DNA of 15,643 nt from a virus (lineage: Duplodnaviria > Heunggongvirae > Uroviricota > Caudoviricetes): the IMG/VR virus record IMGVR_UViG_2925919700_000004, positions 1 to 15,643 of that record; one strand, written 5' to 3'. The notes beneath the pieces are model-generated. The model was not told the origin of the DNA. It made no database searches and worked only from the letters and a program-made list of their open reading frames with translations. Below are positions 15,227 through 15,643 of the stretch, in pieces. A program made the position numbers and the translations under genes. How positions within the stretch are numbered: position 1 is the stretch's first letter; every line of letters starts with the position of its first letter.

Positions 15227-15643
15227 ATGAATAAATTTTATAAAGGCTCTTTCTATCCGAAAGCACTAAAAGAGGTATATATCAGCGCCGGTTCATGGCC
15301 TGAAAATGGCGTTGATGTTGATGATGAAACAATGGCAATTTACACAGGCGTAGCGCCACAAGGCAAAACGCTGGGGGCTGATAAAAATGGTAATCCTGCG
15401 TGGATTGATATCCCGCCACTCTCCGCTGAACAACAGATTATTCAGGCTGAACAGAAAAGAACGGTATTGCGCTCTATGGCTGATAAGGAAATAGTCTGGA
15501 GACAGGATGCTTTTGATGCGGAAATCGCGACGGCAGAAGAAACCGCCGCGTTATCTGAATGGAAAAAATACCGGGTCTTGCTGATGCGCGTTGATACATC
15601 AAATCCCGTCTGGCCTACGCCTCCGGGGGAGCAGGCCAATTGA
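15227..15643 (+). CDS. tfa: Tail fibre assembly protein (Tfa family chaperone)
   Basis: Track ORF trimmed to the ATG at 15227 (MNKFYKGSFYPK...), 2 nt after the tail fibre stop. The C-terminal motif ...EWKKYRVLLMRVDTSNPVWPTPP matches the conserved Tfa C-terminus. Stop at 15641-15643. Confidence 0.8.
   Translation: MNKFYKGSFYPKALKEVYISAGSWPENGVDVDDETMAIYTGVAPQGKTLGADKNGNPAWIDIPPLSAEQQIIQAEQKRTVLRSMADKEIVWRQDAFDAEIATAEETAALSEWKKYRVLLMRVDTSNPVWPTPPGEQAN

Noticed and set aside
11016-15639. Assorted ORFs of 60-155 aa on either strand within the membrane-protein, spike, J, gp48-like, fibre and Tfa genes (for example 11541..11813, 12691..13128, 13962..14285, 14285..14749)
   Set aside because: All overlap well-supported, translationally coupled genes, mostly antisense or in alternate frames. 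No independent support.
1-15643. CRISPR arrays, tRNA or rRNA genes, IS elements or transposases
   Set aside because: No regularly spaced direct repeats, no tRNA-like cloverleaf candidates and no transposase-like ORFs were seen on inspection. A dedicated tool (tRNAscan, CRISPR finder) would be needed to exclude them formally.

Overview
This window looks like the left end of a cryptic, mosaic lambdoid prophage from an enterobacterium. No database search was possible, so all family assignments rest on reading the translations and on recalled reference sequences. Reading left to right: (1) a lambda/HK022-type int-xis pair whose stop codon sits at window positions 1-3, so attL should lie just left of the window; (2) a short leftward early-left operon fragment (Ea8.5-like protein plus three small genes); (3) an abrupt junction into a 5'-truncated Rz spanin gene that still carries an intact embedded Rz1, with no holin or endolysin upstream; (4) an AT-rich cargo island at the position lambda uses for bor; (5) a rightward late operon with terminase small and large subunits, portal, Mu-F-like head morphogenesis protein, a putative baseplate hub, a second AT-rich cargo island inserted inside the baseplate operon, then baseplate spike, wedge, J-like and gp48-like proteins, tail fibre and tail-fibre assembly protein. 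I found no major capsid, protease/scaffold, tail sheath/tube or tape-measure genes, and no replication, immunity or lysis enzyme genes, so the element is probably defective (an architecture reminiscent of E. coli e14). No rRNA, tRNA, CRISPR array or IS element was recognised. The best candidates for undescribed biology are the two AT-rich cargo islands (about 3296-4374 and 9862-11343) and the small leftward gene cluster at 2291-2896; none could be assigned a function from sequence alone.
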